A DNA stretch of 64,000 nucleotides, taken from the NCBI GenBank assembly GCA_051294375.1, contig CM119264.1, forward strand, positions 14,720,682 to 14,784,681. The letters are read 5' to 3'. This DNA is from Paraspadella gotoi. Its lineage: Eukaryota; Animalia; Chaetognatha. The position numbers were made by a program, and so were the translations under genes. Below are positions 1-12,700 of this stretch, piece by piece. The notes beneath the pieces were generated by a model. It had not been told where the DNA came from, ran no database searches, and worked only from the letters and a program-made list of their open reading frames with translations. The stretch's first letter is position 1. Every line of letters starts with the position of its first letter.

Positions 1-1049
1 AAAATAACAGGTTCTATTACTTCAAATAAATTTTTTAACAAAAAGTTCAGAAAGAGTTTGAAAACCCGGTTATTCCATACCCAGATCAAAATCAAGGCCA
101 AATAGTAAAAGTTCCACACTTTGTCTTTGTTCATGACGTAATTGAAATAAAAGTTAGAATCATTTTTCCTTCTTTGTTCACAAGTAAAATTGGCTTCGCT
201 TTTGTTATTCATCACTTTCGTTATCTGTGGTAAAAAAAGTTTTCTTTTTCGTTTCTTGCTATTATTTTTGATAAAGGAGCAACGTGAACCCAGACGCCTC
301 CTACCGAAAGATTGATGTCGCCCATGTAGTAAAACCAAAAGACGAGATAACTTCCGGCGATAATCGCAAACAAAAAACCCAAAAATGTCAAGAATCCGTC
401 GATTCTCGTGGCGAAGTAAAGAAGCGTCTCGCGTCGTCGGTTGTGCTTTCTGGGTCTCGGGTGGGTTTCCTTCGGGGGAGGAGAGAGGGGGAGGAGAGAG
501 AGAGAGTAGAGAGAGAGAGAGAGAGAGTCTGAAACTTCCTTTCATATTTGAGTTGCTCGTTGTAGTAAGGGAGTTCAATATTTCCATACGTTAAATATAT
601 CGATGGTGCGTATTTCATTGATGTTGACGTCTCGATCGTAAGCCAACTCGTAGCCTCGTTCTTCGGTATTCGTGACCCTGGTGGGCTGAGAGATAACATA
701 GACTAATCTATAATCTATTGATCGCTGTTGCGCAAATTCTTTCAAATGTTCACCCTCGAAAACAAGGTAGCGGGAGAGGACTTCATGTCGAGTACGATCA
801 AGAAGCTTGAATTCAACGTTTTATTAGAGATGAGATTGAGTCGTCAAAAATGTCAACGGCACCGGCTTAAAGTTAAAAAAAAAATTATTTGTCAGTTGAT
901 GATAGAGGCCAGGAAAATCAATCATTAATATTTATTTTGTCTTCCTTTTGTTCCATGACTTTCACCACCTCATCGCTCTCTCTAAGTTTCTCTCATCATT
1001 ATGGTCTAATTATCATCCTCACCAATGCTTTCATTCCTCCTCTTTTCAG

Positions 1050-1395
1050 GACCTCCGCACGGAGTTGTTGAGCCGTCGTCGAGAAAAGATCGACGTCGTC
1101 GACGATCGACTGCGTAGTCTGCGTCTCGTGGCGCCGGAAGAGAGCGCCGGCGACAAATCAGCGCCGGTCGAGGCTTTGAGGAACCGATTCCAGGCGGCTC
1201 TGTCCGGCGTTCAGTCAGCAATAGCAACGTTGGAACGGGGTACTGCTCAATCTTATTATTTAAGATTATTCTGTGGCTCGCTAAAATACTATAGAGTAAA
1301 GAAAAATCTTAATCGGAATTTTTACAAAAAAATATTTTAATTAAAGTCGCAGAAGGACTGTTGGTGACTGATGGAGAAAAAGAGCAGAAAAAGTG

Positions 1396-1466
<71 letters not shown>

Positions 1467-4145
1467 AGAGAGAGAGAGAGAAGATTTAAATTTAAAGATT
1501 TAAATTTCGCCTAATCCACCCTTCTAGACGCTTCTCGCTCGGGCGCGACTACGACTCCGCCTATGAAGACGCCGTGTCTTGGTTGGAGACGATGAACCGG
1601 AAGTTGACGACGAATCGCGACGCGAAGGGAAGCCTCGTCTCGGTGACGGAGAGATTGAGGAATCTCCAGGATCTCCATCGCGGCGTCGTCCAAGGGCGGG
1701 AGAAGTTTGACCGGTTGAGTTAAGTTATCGAAGACTTTGAAGAGTTGAACTGTTTGCTGCCATAAACTGATTTAGCTGATTTTAATAAATTTCAATTAAA
1801 AGTGATTAAATGTCGCGGAGAAGATTCAAATTGACAATTATCTTTCCAGCGTTTTTGCTTTGGGTGAAACCGTTCGGTCCCCGACGACTTCTGCACGGGA
1901 AGTCGTTCGTCAACAACTCGGGACGCTGAAGAGAGAGTGGGACAAACTCGTTGCTAATGTCACTTCCGCGTCATCGGGTCTCGAAGCCTGTTTAGAGAAG
2001 TGAGTTTTAAATGACGAAGAGAAGCGTTGATAAATATCAAAATTTAAGAATTACGTGTACAGGGAGGTCTAGCTCTTTTGGGCCTAACTTAAAAACATTG
2101 TTTGGACGGGTAAAAGTTTTTAATGACAACACAATCAATTAAAAATACTCACCTTTGTCAACCATGACCTTCTTCAAGTGTCCAGAGAGTGCGGCATATG
2201 GATTTGCGAGTACGCCTATGTGCAATGCTATAATTTCTATCACTATTTTTGTTGTCAGAAAGTTGATAGTTCTAGAGAGGATGTCTAACAGAGGGATGTC
2301 TCTATATGTAAATGGTTACTCTGATTATACATGACATCGGTTAATATAGGTTCAGTGGATATTTAATTAGTAACTTGCTTAATGGTTTGAAGGCTACTTG
2401 GACATTCTGCTTCTCTATCTTACATTGCAGTCAGAAAAATTGCTAAATTTTTAAAAAAATTATTTAAGAAGCGCCGCAAATAAATTTTATATTTTATACA
2501 AAAATCTGTTGGATTTTCCAGACGTTTTTGATATTGATCAAACGGAAATTTAACTTAGTTTCCAAAAATGGTCTCTTTTTTCTTTTATCATTAACCGTTT
2601 TTGTGCTGTAAGCACTTGCGTTAGTCCCATAAAAGCTGGACCTCCCTGTATAATATAAAATAATCATTAATCAACTTGATTTTACTAATATTCTTAATAT
2701 TTTTTTCGCAGATGGTCTGACTACGAAGAAGCCTACAGTAGCTTCATGACATGGATGGCTGAGATCGAAGCCAAAGTGGGCGTCAACCCGGAACCGGAAA
2801 TGGACGCCGAAAGACGTTTGACACAAAAGGACAAATTCAAGGTGAGACTGAAGAAAGACGTACAGGTGACTCAAATTGTTCTATTGAAGTGAGTATTTTA
2901 TTTTCTTGCGAGATTATTTTAATTTGACCCTCTTGATTTTTCACTGATTTTTGCGCTAATTAATTCGCTCGCGCTTTGACTTTTGCTCAGCACCTGCAAC
3001 GTGACATCGAGCGCCACGCGACGCACCTGACCGACGTTGAGTCGAAAGCGCGAACTCTGTTAGAAATCAGCAAAAATACAGAGGTCATTGAATCTCTGCC
3101 AAGAATCAGGGAGGAGTTTGGGCAACTGCAGACCAAAGTGAGCGCAAAAATGATGAATATTCCAATTATTTATTTATTAGGTAAAATCAATAAATACTCG
3201 ATAGACCAAAAATTAAATAAATGTTTATTGTCCTTATCTAATTATGTTGACTAGATGATTTTCTTAATTTTATCTTTTTTTCACACCTTGATTCCCTCTC
3301 TACTTAGGTGGGCATTCTGCTGGGTCGTCTCGAAGGATGGCTACAGGGCCACGAGTCTTATCAAGCCGCCCTTCAAGGGGCAGAAAATTGGTTGCTGCAA
3401 ACATCCTTTCTTCTCATGTCGCGACACAATCAGACGCGCGACACCGTATCTGGACGCCACGCCCTTCCGGTGATGCCCTCCGGAAAATCCGGTTCCATTA
3501 CGGTGCCGGGCGAGAGGGGCGCCGGTCTCCTGCCCGCCACCAAGGAGTTGGCCAAAAAGACTCTAGAGAAGCACATGGCGAGTATTCCTTTAATATGAAA
3601 CTGGAACTAGACATTTTGAATATATATTTGTGACGGTTTTCTTTTTTCAGGACTTGCTGAGAGAGATCGATACATTTCAAGCAAAGTTGGAAAGTGTTCA
3701 GGTGAGCCGAATTAAAACAAGAGCGGTATTTCCAATGTGTTGCGCCGCAGTGACTTTATTTTCACGTGTATGTTCCTTAGATCACGTGATATGACATGAC
3801 ATGATTAAAAAGTATACTATAAGTACACAATTTTTAAACGAAAATTGAATTGAGAAACTTAATTTGAACCTCAAAGGAACACAATTTTTAAACGAAAATT
3901 GAATTGAGAAACTTATTCAGGCCAAGGGTCGTCAGTTCATCGAATCTAAAAGAAACAACGAAAAAGTTCGTCTATTGGTCACCTCGCAACTTGCCAATCT
4001 GGAGGACAGTTACCTCAGCCTTCAGGTTTGAGAACGATGTTTTAATAAATAAATATTGTTTTAAAAAAATTATTTTCGTTTTCTACAGGCTACGTCGCAG
4101 CAAATCAAAGTTCTCCTGGATTATCACGACTTACAATACTTTTAA
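1050..4145 (+). CDS. Nesprin-1/MSP-300-like spectrin-repeat protein, partial (internal exons)
   Basis: Exons ~1050-1239, 1528-1712, 1850-1999, 2712-2841, 2991-3137, 3308-3577, 3651-3701, 3921-4025, 4089-(4109/4145). They translate to spectrin repeats (RDYDSAYEDAVSWLETMNRKL, LKREWDKL, WSDYEEAYSSFMTWMAEIEAK). The segment WLLQTSFLLM...LLREIDTFQAKLESVQAKG...QLANLEDSYLSLQATSQQIK resembles nesprin-1/MSP-300 as I recall it. The first junction is phase-ambiguous; the others are phase-consistent. Confidence 0.85.
2060..2648. mobile_element. MITE family A (Tc1/mariner-like, TA-flanked) in nesprin intron
   Basis: TA|CAGGGAGGTCTAGCTCTTTTGGGCCTAAC ... GTTAGTCCCATAAAAGCTGGACCTCCCTG|TA: imperfect ~29-bp TIRs with TA on both sides and no ORF. 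Confidence 0.85.
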
Positions 4146-5143
4146 AAAAACTTGTTCATTCATGTATGATGGAGTTTTTAACAGATATCGCAAACCTCTT
4201 TAACACAATTCCTATAACAAACTTCAATTATTTAATTATAAAAGAATGCTATTTATTTTTAAAAATCTTTAAATCCTTCAATTTTGTAGAAAAAATAGAT
4301 CTTTGTATTTTCAAATGGATACAATATTAACAACTACCATTAGAATTAGGTTCTAATAATTAATTCTCTTTTAAACCCTTAAAAACTATGTTCCATAGAC
4401 TTCCCGTTGAAAAACATGTATCACTGCCAATATGATAAAGTAATAACCGATATGATAACTGATATCATAACATCACCCTGTAATTGATTTCAATGAAATG
4501 CAATGAATACAAACTAAAATCGTATTTTCGATTATTTATTCACGGTTATTATGATGAATCTAAAAATGATTTCTCATGATTATGTCCCTAGTCAATAAGT
4601 TAATTCTTGATATAAGACATGCATAAGCCCATGAGTCTTGGGTCTTGGGCTTGAATGTTTTCCAGGCCCTCAAGGCGGGTTTGGCCATCCTTCAGCTTTT
4701 CGCAAGGTAGGTACCATTGGGGATGGATCCCGGTCCCTCCTGGTCATGAGCTGAGGGTATTTCGTAATGAGTTATCGACTGAAGGTGACATGTTAATAGG
4801 CGGGGTGAACAGCATTTTGACATTGGTTGACCATTTAAACTTTAGTTGAAAAGGAATTCATCTGTTTATATTATCTCCAACCATAACAAAAACGCTCTTT
4901 GATTTGGTAAAAGCAAAATGAGGATTTCAATCACGCGATGACGTGACATCGGATCGGCATGTTAGAGCGACCGAACACCAACAATTTTTGAGATTCAGTT
5001 TTAAAATAAAAATATATATCTGATTATTCAACAATGTACATGATGATAACAAGAATAAAATCCTTAAAATAAAGATTCAATCAAATTCAAACGGGCAAGC
5101 AAGTATTTTTAAGTCTGGAATTTTTTTTTGTAATAATACTTTA

Positions 5144-5246
5144 TATGATAATCTAAAAACACTGAAGAAGGCTTGAATACCAAAGCCGAAACATGTCTGT
5201 TTAATAAAAACAAATTCGTTGAAAACTAACAAAAACTTTGTTTTTC
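5144..5246 (+). mobile_element. 5'-truncated Penelope-like element end carrying a hammerhead, 15-bp TSD
   Basis: Direct repeat TGTAATAATACTTTA at 5129-5143 and 5247-5261 flanks ~103 bp containing the hammerhead and an AATAAA...AAAACTTTGTTTTTC tail. Confidence 0.75.
5157..5202 (+). ncRNA. Minimal type I hammerhead ribozyme (PLE type)
   Basis: AAACA-CTGAAGA-A-GGCTT(gaatacca)AAGCC-GAAA-CATGTC-TGTTT: core boxes, 5-bp stem II, 5-bp stem I, palindromic ACATGT stem III, GUC cleavage triplet at 5195-5197. Confidence 0.85.
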
Positions 5247-5838
5247 TGTAATAATACTTTAATTTACTGTAATTTGTTACACCCTAACGCTACATTTAGC
5301 AACCGCGATTTTTGTTTCTTTTGCAAAATTTTTTTTTAACTGTTAATTCGTCAGTGCAACTGTAAATGATTCTACAGATGATTTGCAAGAACATTAAAAA
5401 TATTTAATTTTAACTTATGTTAGAAGCAGAAAATGAGACGGCGAGCAAGAATTGCCTTCGGGTGTTAAAGTACAGCAACTGCGAGCATCTTCGATTGCGC
5501 GTAAGACTAAAGCAGGCGATCGGAAGCAAAGTAAGCCTTCGTGTCGGAATCTCTCAGCGACAGCCCGATTTTTTTTTACAATGACGTCACTTATTCACAA
5601 AAAATCGAAGCCGGAACGGCAGTTGTCTTCGTTCCCTTGTCAAGTCAAAATTATTTACTCGAAAGTCACCGCATCAGTTTAAAACAGGATGAAATATTTT
5701 ACAAGCTAAATAAGCTATTTTCGAATATTAATAGCGAATAATGGGACTTCGTCGCTATTTTGTGTTTTCTCTATTATCGCCATAGAACAACCCATTTTGA
5801 CATCTCCCATTTCTGAGAAGTGACGCTCCTTCGTTGCC

Positions 5839-8394
5839 ATGGCTCCGACTTTGACTGACGAAGAGTTGGCGGCGCTTTTGACTCCGGGACACGATACGCC
5901 GACGGGATTTGATGGTGCCGCTTCGCTGTGGTTGATAGGAATTGCTATCAATGTCATTGGTGAGTATTGTGAGCGTTTGTGTGCATAAGAAATAATGAAA
6001 ATGAAATTAAACTATGAGACAAAAGATAGGCACTTTTCCTTCCTTTATTAAACCGCTTCTATACCGATCATCCAAACTCTAAACGTCACCATGGTTGATG
6101 ACAAAAACATAAACGCACCTGAGTCAAAACTCGACCCCAATTGCAGCACATCGAAAGATAATGAGGCCGCCCACTCGAAAATTGACGGAAACCTCAACTG
6201 GACTCCTGAAGAGGAGCTGCGCGGAATGCCGAGTGCGGGCGCGGGGAGCCGAGTCATTGGATCAGAAGCGGGCAAATCGTCAAAATTGGGCGCCAACCAG
6301 ACATTGAATCTGGACCAGAATAAAGGGCAAAAACTCGTCCCGCACTCAGTTCAGCTATCGAATACGAACAAAGCCAAAGTGACCAATATGTCCAATGTGC
6401 AAGTGTCCATTACTAGTCATGGGGAAAAGAGTAAAACGTCGACATTAGACCCGAGCAGAGCCAAGTCCAGTAAGGACAAAATAGCTTCGAGACTCGGCCA
6501 CGGTAAAGATGAAAGCAGACGAGACGCCTCAAAGGGATCTCGATTGGATCCAAGCAAAGCGACCAAGTCCGAAGCGTCCATCACGAAAAACGAAAACAAA
6601 CCTCGAGACGAAAGATCCGACTATTCCCAAGCTCTGACCGCGCCAGGCAACGACGACGGGAAAGATAGAGTGCGTGAGAGAAGCAATCAAGACCAGAAGA
6701 GCGCTCAGAGTCAGAAAACCGATTCGAAGAATTGGGAGATGGTTCACGGCACGGCCGCGACCTCTGGTGGTTCGTCGATTCCAAGTATGACGACGAAAGG
6801 CACCATCTTCAATCAGGCCGCTGGCGATAATGAAGGAGAAGAAGGTGATTTATGATATTCAGAACACGCCTTAATGATTGAAACTCTTAGCATTTTAATT
6901 CGTAGCTACATCATAGCTTTATGATTATCACAGATTGCTTTACAGGGGTGGGACCCTATATCGAGACAAAATTTAAAATCTGAATAAATATTGGTATAAT
7001 ACTCTCTCTTAGCTTTTAGACGATATATTAATTGTTTTGAAATTCTTTGTTATTATGCTTTTTTCGATGCAGCTTTTTTCGGTTTTCTTCCCGCGGTTTG
7101 GAAAAAAAATGTTTGAATGCTTATTGTTAAATCTCATTCTAATTTCTATTATATTACAGGGAAAAATATTTTTGGAAGTACTTATTTTTAGAATAATAAT
7201 TTTTCTGTCCCACCCCTGTAGACTTCTGCGCGAGTTTTAATTTTATCTCCTACATTATTAAATTCAATTATATTAATCGCGCCAAAAACCCCAGCTGTCA
7301 TTGTCGATGTCCAAGAAGAGCAGGATGACGACACTTGCTTTAAGGTACAACTACAACAAGGGTCTCATGATATGAAATTGACATTGTGTAAATCTCTCTT
7401 TTCGTTGTATTATTGCATTTAGCGAAAAATGTTAGTTTTTATTGGCTTTAACAACGATTTTATTAAACATAATATAAAACGGACATGTTTTGACTCTTGT
7501 TTTCGAGTTCTTCCATTTCACTTTCACTTATATCTCACAAGTTAAATTATTTATCTCATTTTTATTAGCTAATGTTAAGTTTCCTAAATTATTCCTATCT
7601 TTGTTGTACATTGCCAAATGTAATGATTTTTCTCTCTTTCACCCGTTTCAAATTCACTTACTTTTTCTCCTTCCCTGTCCTCCCCTTCACCTGTCCTCAT
7701 ATCAGACCAGTGACCACTATCCTTTTCTAAATTCTTTGTTGGAAACTCCCTCTCTCACCAACTCAATGTTTGTGAACTAAAGACTTAGCTAACCAAAACA
7801 CTGATGAAGACTCGAAAACAAGAGTCGAAACATGTCCGTTCTATATAATGTTAAATAAAATCGTTGTTAAAGCCAATAAAAAAAACAATCATTTTTCGCT
7901 AGATATGAAATGATAAAAATACGTAAAATGATCCATTTGTCAAATAAATAAGCTATCTTGCCCTTGACTGGTGGTTTAAGGTCTCCATCATATATTTCAT
8001 TTAAATATTTTATATACGTATAATCTAACTATTGTATCAGATCTTCAATGAACCATACGCATTTTCCAAGTTCTGTAAAAATTCTTGTCCTAAACTAATT
8101 TGGTATGATTGAAATTCAGATCGGTGCGGTAGTTTCCGTTATCGTCGCTTTTGTCTTGGGAATCATCATGGAACATTATCTGAAGTTCTTTACCCTTTTG
8201 GTGGAAGGAGGTGCTAACACTTTTTGCTCTCTCTCTGTCTCTGTCTCTTTCTCTGCCAATAAAAGAAATGCACTTTCAAACATTATAGACTATTCATTTA
8301 TTTATATCTACCAGACAAAGAGAAGGAAGAAAAAGAAGAATTGCCGAACTCGAAACCGGAGAGCGAGAGCGAAAACAGTCGTCTTCTCAAATAA
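5839..8394 (+). CDS. Small orphan two-TM membrane protein (~113 aa)
   Basis: Exons 5839-5959, 7295-7344, 8120-8210, 8315-8394, all GT-AG and phase-consistent: MAPTLTDEELAALLTPGHDTPTGFDGAASLWLIGIAINVI-AVIVDVQEEQDDDTCFK-IGAVVSVIVAFVLGIIMEHYLKFFTLLVEG-DKEKEEKEELPNSKPESESENSRLLK*. Confidence 0.6.
6091..6855 (+). CDS. 254-aa hydrophilic S/K/D-rich ORF: alternative first exon or retroelement ORF1-like fragment
   Basis: Uninterrupted, non-microsatellite ORF with exon-like GC content. A phase-1 donor after 6844 is compatible with the exon at 7295. DYSQAL and WEMV are loosely reminiscent of LINE ORF1 N-termini. Confidence 0.45.
   Translation: MVDDKNINAPESKLDPNCSTSKDNEAAHSKIDGNLNWTPEEELRGMPSAGAGSRVIGSEAGKSSKLGANQTLNLDQNKGQKLVPHSVQLSNTNKAKVTNMSNVQVSITSHGEKSKTSTLDPSRAKSSKDKIASRLGHGKDESRRDASKGSRLDPSKATKSEASITKNENKPRDERSDYSQALTAPGNDDGKDRVRERSNQDQKSAQSQKTDSKNWEMVHGTAATSGGSSIPSMTTKGTIFNQAAGDNEGEEGDL
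6943..7218. mobile_element. MITE family B (TA-flanked)
   Basis: TA|CAGGGGTGGGAC ... GTCCCACCCCTG|TA perfect 12-bp TIR; a second homologous copy starts at 26577. Confidence 0.88.
7420..7901 (+). mobile_element. Penelope-like element remnant with inverted partial pLTR
   Basis: 7420-7508 is a ~90-bp inverted copy of ~7810-7901. The right arm follows a full hammerhead core, while the left arm is truncated inside it. GATATGAAAT occurs on both sides (7369 and 7902), a possible TSD. Confidence 0.75.
7797..7840 (+). ncRNA. Minimal hammerhead ribozyme (PLE type)
   Basis: AACA-CTGATGA-A-GACTC(gaaaacaa)GAGTC-GAAA-CATGTC-CGTT; stem I has a mismatch next to the core. Confidence 0.85.
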
Positions 8395-9319
8395 GCTAAT
8401 TTCTTTTTAATGTGCGGGTTTTTTTTAAAATGAAAACATTTGATTGTTTCGAAGCGAATAAAGTAAAATGTTTTTCGACATTCGATTTCTGCGGTTTTTA
8501 CGGCGACTCCGCTCTTCAGAAGACTTCATTGAAATTTGAACTTTCTTTTCCTTGAGACAGCACAGAGACCGGGGCGTAAAAATTCGGCGTCGTCTGCAAA
8601 TATTTCTGAAAATAACAAAATATTTATTCAAATACGGCTATTTTTTAAAAGGGATTTAATCGTTAGAATTCGATTGTGATATTTCAGAAAATTTAAAAAA
8701 TCAAAACCAAGTCCCTCATTGACTAAAGTGTGGCTTGTGTTATATTATAAAAACGCCTAGGTAGATTCAATCACTACTAAATGAATTTTTTAAAGGTTGA
8801 TTAGTTGTTTATATCGTTTAAAATTAATGGAAGGCGTCCCACTATTTAATTAAGATAGTCGTAATAAAATAAACTGTTCAATGTACAAGGCACAGGCAAG
8901 TTAGAATAAAAAATCTTAAAAGCATAAGGATTCGTCACAATCGCAAAAAAAAACAAAAAAAACTGGACCCATGACAAACTTTGATATAGGAAAACTAAGT
9001 TTTATACCAAACAAACTTGGCTTAATATAACAAAAAAATGAATGAATAAAATGAAATTAAATGAATTGAATGAAATAAATTGAATAAAATGAATTGAATG
9101 AAAAAAATTGAATGAAATAAATTAAATGAATGAATTAAATTTAAATTTGTTTAATTTAAATAAAAGAATGAAAATAAATAAATTGCATTAAATAAATTGA
9201 ACGAATTTAATTAATTTAATTTAATCCAAAAAAAAATCACGAGTTTGAAGCTGAAAAAATTTTTTTATGGAATGAAAGTATAGAATTAAAGTATGGAATG
9301 AATTAATAAATTAAAGTAT

Positions 9320-9500
9320 GGAAGTAAGGACCTTGATGATGAGCATATATATCTAAATTTTCAGCTTCATACAAATACAAGTAACATAAAAAAGATTATT
9401 TATAATTTGAAACGCAGATAACGACGATGACAACAACGACATTTATGGGGACTATCGTCCCATAATCGTCGCTCAGGCAAGCGATTGTGACGATAAAAAT
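9320..9500 (+). mobile_element. Probable Helitron/Helentron-associated non-autonomous repeat
   Basis: AAATTTTCAGCTT motif, short (ACG/ACA)n tract, and a 3' imperfect hairpin (ATCGTCGCT...AGCGATTGTGACGAT) followed by an A-run. The layout resembles HINE/DINE-like elements. Confidence 0.35.
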
Positions 9501-9775
9501 TTAGCTTTTAAGTTATCAGCGACGAGTAACACCCATAAGAAAAAACTAGACAAATTTGTGCAAAATAAAATTTTTAAAAGTGAAAACACGATCAGTCTAA
9601 AGTGTCGGAAACGAATGGGTAACACTTACCCTCATCAAAAAGTGACAGCGCAATATTTTAGAGAGATTATGAAAGAATTAAAGACAAAGAGAGAGCGAGT
9701 GGCAGATGTGCCGATAAAAAGAGATAGAAAAAGAAGCAAGAGGAGACATAGCAAGACAGAGGAGAGTAGAATTCT

Positions 9776-12700
9776 CTAGAAAACGGCGTCAAAAGCGGAA
9801 GTTTCTTTGCCCTCCAACAACGCTGTCACAGGGGCCAAAGCGTTCGCCGACGTCATCAAGTAATTCTGCACCGGAAACGAAAAAAGCCTTCGCGTCATTT
9901 CGCGTCATCGAGGGACCGTCTTTGCGCCACGAGTGCGCAACGACGGACGGTGACGAAAAATGGAGCGTTCACCAACGATTAAACATTTAAAGTTAAAACT
10001 AAGTCGATACGATCGAGTGAGAAAAAAAAGGTAATAAATAATAAACAATACAACTACATGTACCCAAGTTTTCGTCGTAAACAAGATTTAACGAGTTAAA
10101 GATGTGTTCCGATTTTCTAAATATTTCAATCGCTAAAAATACCGACTAACTCGTTAAATGCGGGGTTTCGACAACAAAAAAGGATGTAGTGTTTTAAGGA
10201 AATATTTTTTTTTCCGTCGCGCCGCGTTGTGTACGCAGCGAGGAAGTGCGCTACTTTAGTCTAGTCTATTTCAGAGGTTCGTAACTTACGTGGGCGTACG
10301 ACATCGCCGACTTGCGTTCAGTCGAGGAAGCGTCTTTCCCGATCCAAACGAAGCACTCGTTCATCCCGTCGATGATGAACACGTCCTTTACGATGGAAAG
10401 AAAAAAAAAAGATACAGTATATGGATAATAAAAAGTAGGGACTGTTATTGAAAACAGGTCCAGGCAAGAGCCCGTCATAAAAATCCTCAATACGTCGCAC
10501 CTTAGAATCGAGCATGGATTTGTTGAGGTCGCCTTCGGCGACCTTGTCGAATGACATTGTCCCGGTGGCGTCGGAAAGTTTGAAGAGAGAGGGCGTGCCT
10601 TTCTGCAACGGAACGTCGTCGTCATCGTCGTCCACTTCATCTGCCAAGCGAATCGGAAAAAAATCTACAAATCTAATTTTCAATCCCATTTACTCATTTA
10701 GATAATATTTCGACTATAATTTTTTTTTAAATTTTGGTCGACCCACTTCGCTCTTTCTTCACATCTGTAGATCCGTGACTAATCGTCATCCGATCTCATC
10801 CACCGGAGATAAAGACTCACCCTCGACGGCGAACTTGGAGGTGAAGTCTTCGTCTTCCTGTCCATCCTCGACAAACTCGACCTTCATTCGGCCCAAGCGA
10901 CGGTTCTTCAGATCGTTCATGTATTGCATCGCCTTGAACCTGCGATCGAATTAATCCAATCAAACACGATTGAGTTATCTAATCAAACCTAATTAATACA
11001 ATCGATAAATCCAATCAATAAGTTTTTTTTTTGAAAGAAAACAGAGGAAACAAATAATTACGGGAATGGTTGGAAAAATATCTTATGTCAACAATAAACG
11101 TGAACAAAAAAGGAAAATAAAAAAAAGGGAAAATAAAAAAAAAAGAGATCAGGGGACAAAGTCAAGCAAATCCGTCCACATGAGACGGCAACTCAATCAC
11201 GGGACTCCGGGAAGCAAGCAGGTCCCCGTTCTCGCGCTGAAGGCAGACAGAAAGTCTCTCAAAAAAGTGCGTTGACGTTTTGCCGATATTAATATCAATT
11301 CATAAATAAATTCAACTAACTTTTCATCTTTGTTCGCCTTAGAACCAGTCCACTGGAAGGCTTCAAGGCCAAGATCGAGGATAAAGACGTCGTCGCTAGT
11401 CAAGGCCGATCGGCGAAGCGGGACTTGTTTCACCTAAACGTTTATAAAGTTGAAAGTAGTTTTAAAATTTCGCCCACTACACTCATTATATACAGAAACA
11501 TTGATTGCTGATTATTTAGAGAGGCCTTTCGACATGCAAATTTAGGAATAGGAGGCTTCGCTCGAACAAAGCATTAATCACCGCGCGGCTTAGCACATTA
11601 AAAACAAAAAAAAACATACCGTGCATCTTTTTGACTTAGCAAGAATAGAATCAAATTGAAAAAAAAAAAAAATGGGGAAAAACATGAACAATGTTCATTG
11701 AACATCAATTGAGAAATTAAATTCTCGCGTTATTTTTGGTCACATAGGAAACTAATTCCTCGATTGGCATGAAACTTTCGATGACAACTCTGTCCCACTG
11801 GAACATTTATCAAAAGCCACTAACATAAGACTTAAAAGACTCAACAAGTAAATAACCTAGATAAGAGGAAGGGATCTTAATTCAGCGTCGATACAAAGAA
11901 TAAGACCTAATTCCTGCGACCCTTTTCGCGTCGATCAAACCGGTGACGCCCCACCGAGGACTCCGAACTTTTTTTTATTTTTTATTCTCAAAGTAATTAC
12001 CCCCCGTCAGATTAAGTCTTCTTTGAAGAATCGTGAAAGTTTATACTGAACTGTTCCAATCCAAAGTCGATCCCCGTGGACACGATTTTTTTTAAGAGTT
12101 TTGATCGGTGTTTCTGTTGACACCAAGCTTTTTACCTTTACACGGGTGCGGTCCCCATGAAAGTGCATGAGTCGAGCCTTGTACTCCTGTGGTTTGACTT
12201 GGCGAAAGCCCGTATCCGCGCCGCCCGCGAGATATTCCATAACTGGAAAGTAACTCTTGAAAAGGCCGCTCTCGTGGCTGAATAGATCAAAGTGGGTAAT
12301 CTTAATGGTTAAGATTTCAATCGTCTCGGGGAGATAGTACCGGGGGGTCCAGTTCTAATGGGACGGTTTAGAGTGCTAATGACAATATAAATGGAACTAA
12401 CGAGGCGAGTTCTGGTCACAAAAAAAGGTACCTCATTTTATAATATGAAGCCTTCTGTATATTTGGAAACTAGGTTAAATTATCTTTTGATCGATATCAA
12501 AAACGTCTGGAAAATCCAACACCAACTACTGTAATAAAAACATTTTGCATAACATATCATAATTTTTCAATCCCCCTGATTGATGAAAATGTAGGATACA
12601 GAAGCAGAATGTCCCACGCATCCCCTCATGTGTCGACCTTCTGACAGCAACAATAATGACACAAATGATAGCATTCCCAACGGTATTGTCATTATAGCTT

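Noticed and set aside
1229-1528. Apparent non-canonical donor or frameshift in the nesprin-like gene
   Set aside because: Explained by either a 1-bp error in the GGGG run or an upstream GTTGGA donor; not enough evidence for unusual splicing.
11140-11300. GC-richer patch in gelsolin intron 5 as a possible snoRNA
   Set aside because: A CTGA is present on the gene strand, but there is no convincing C box or terminal stem.
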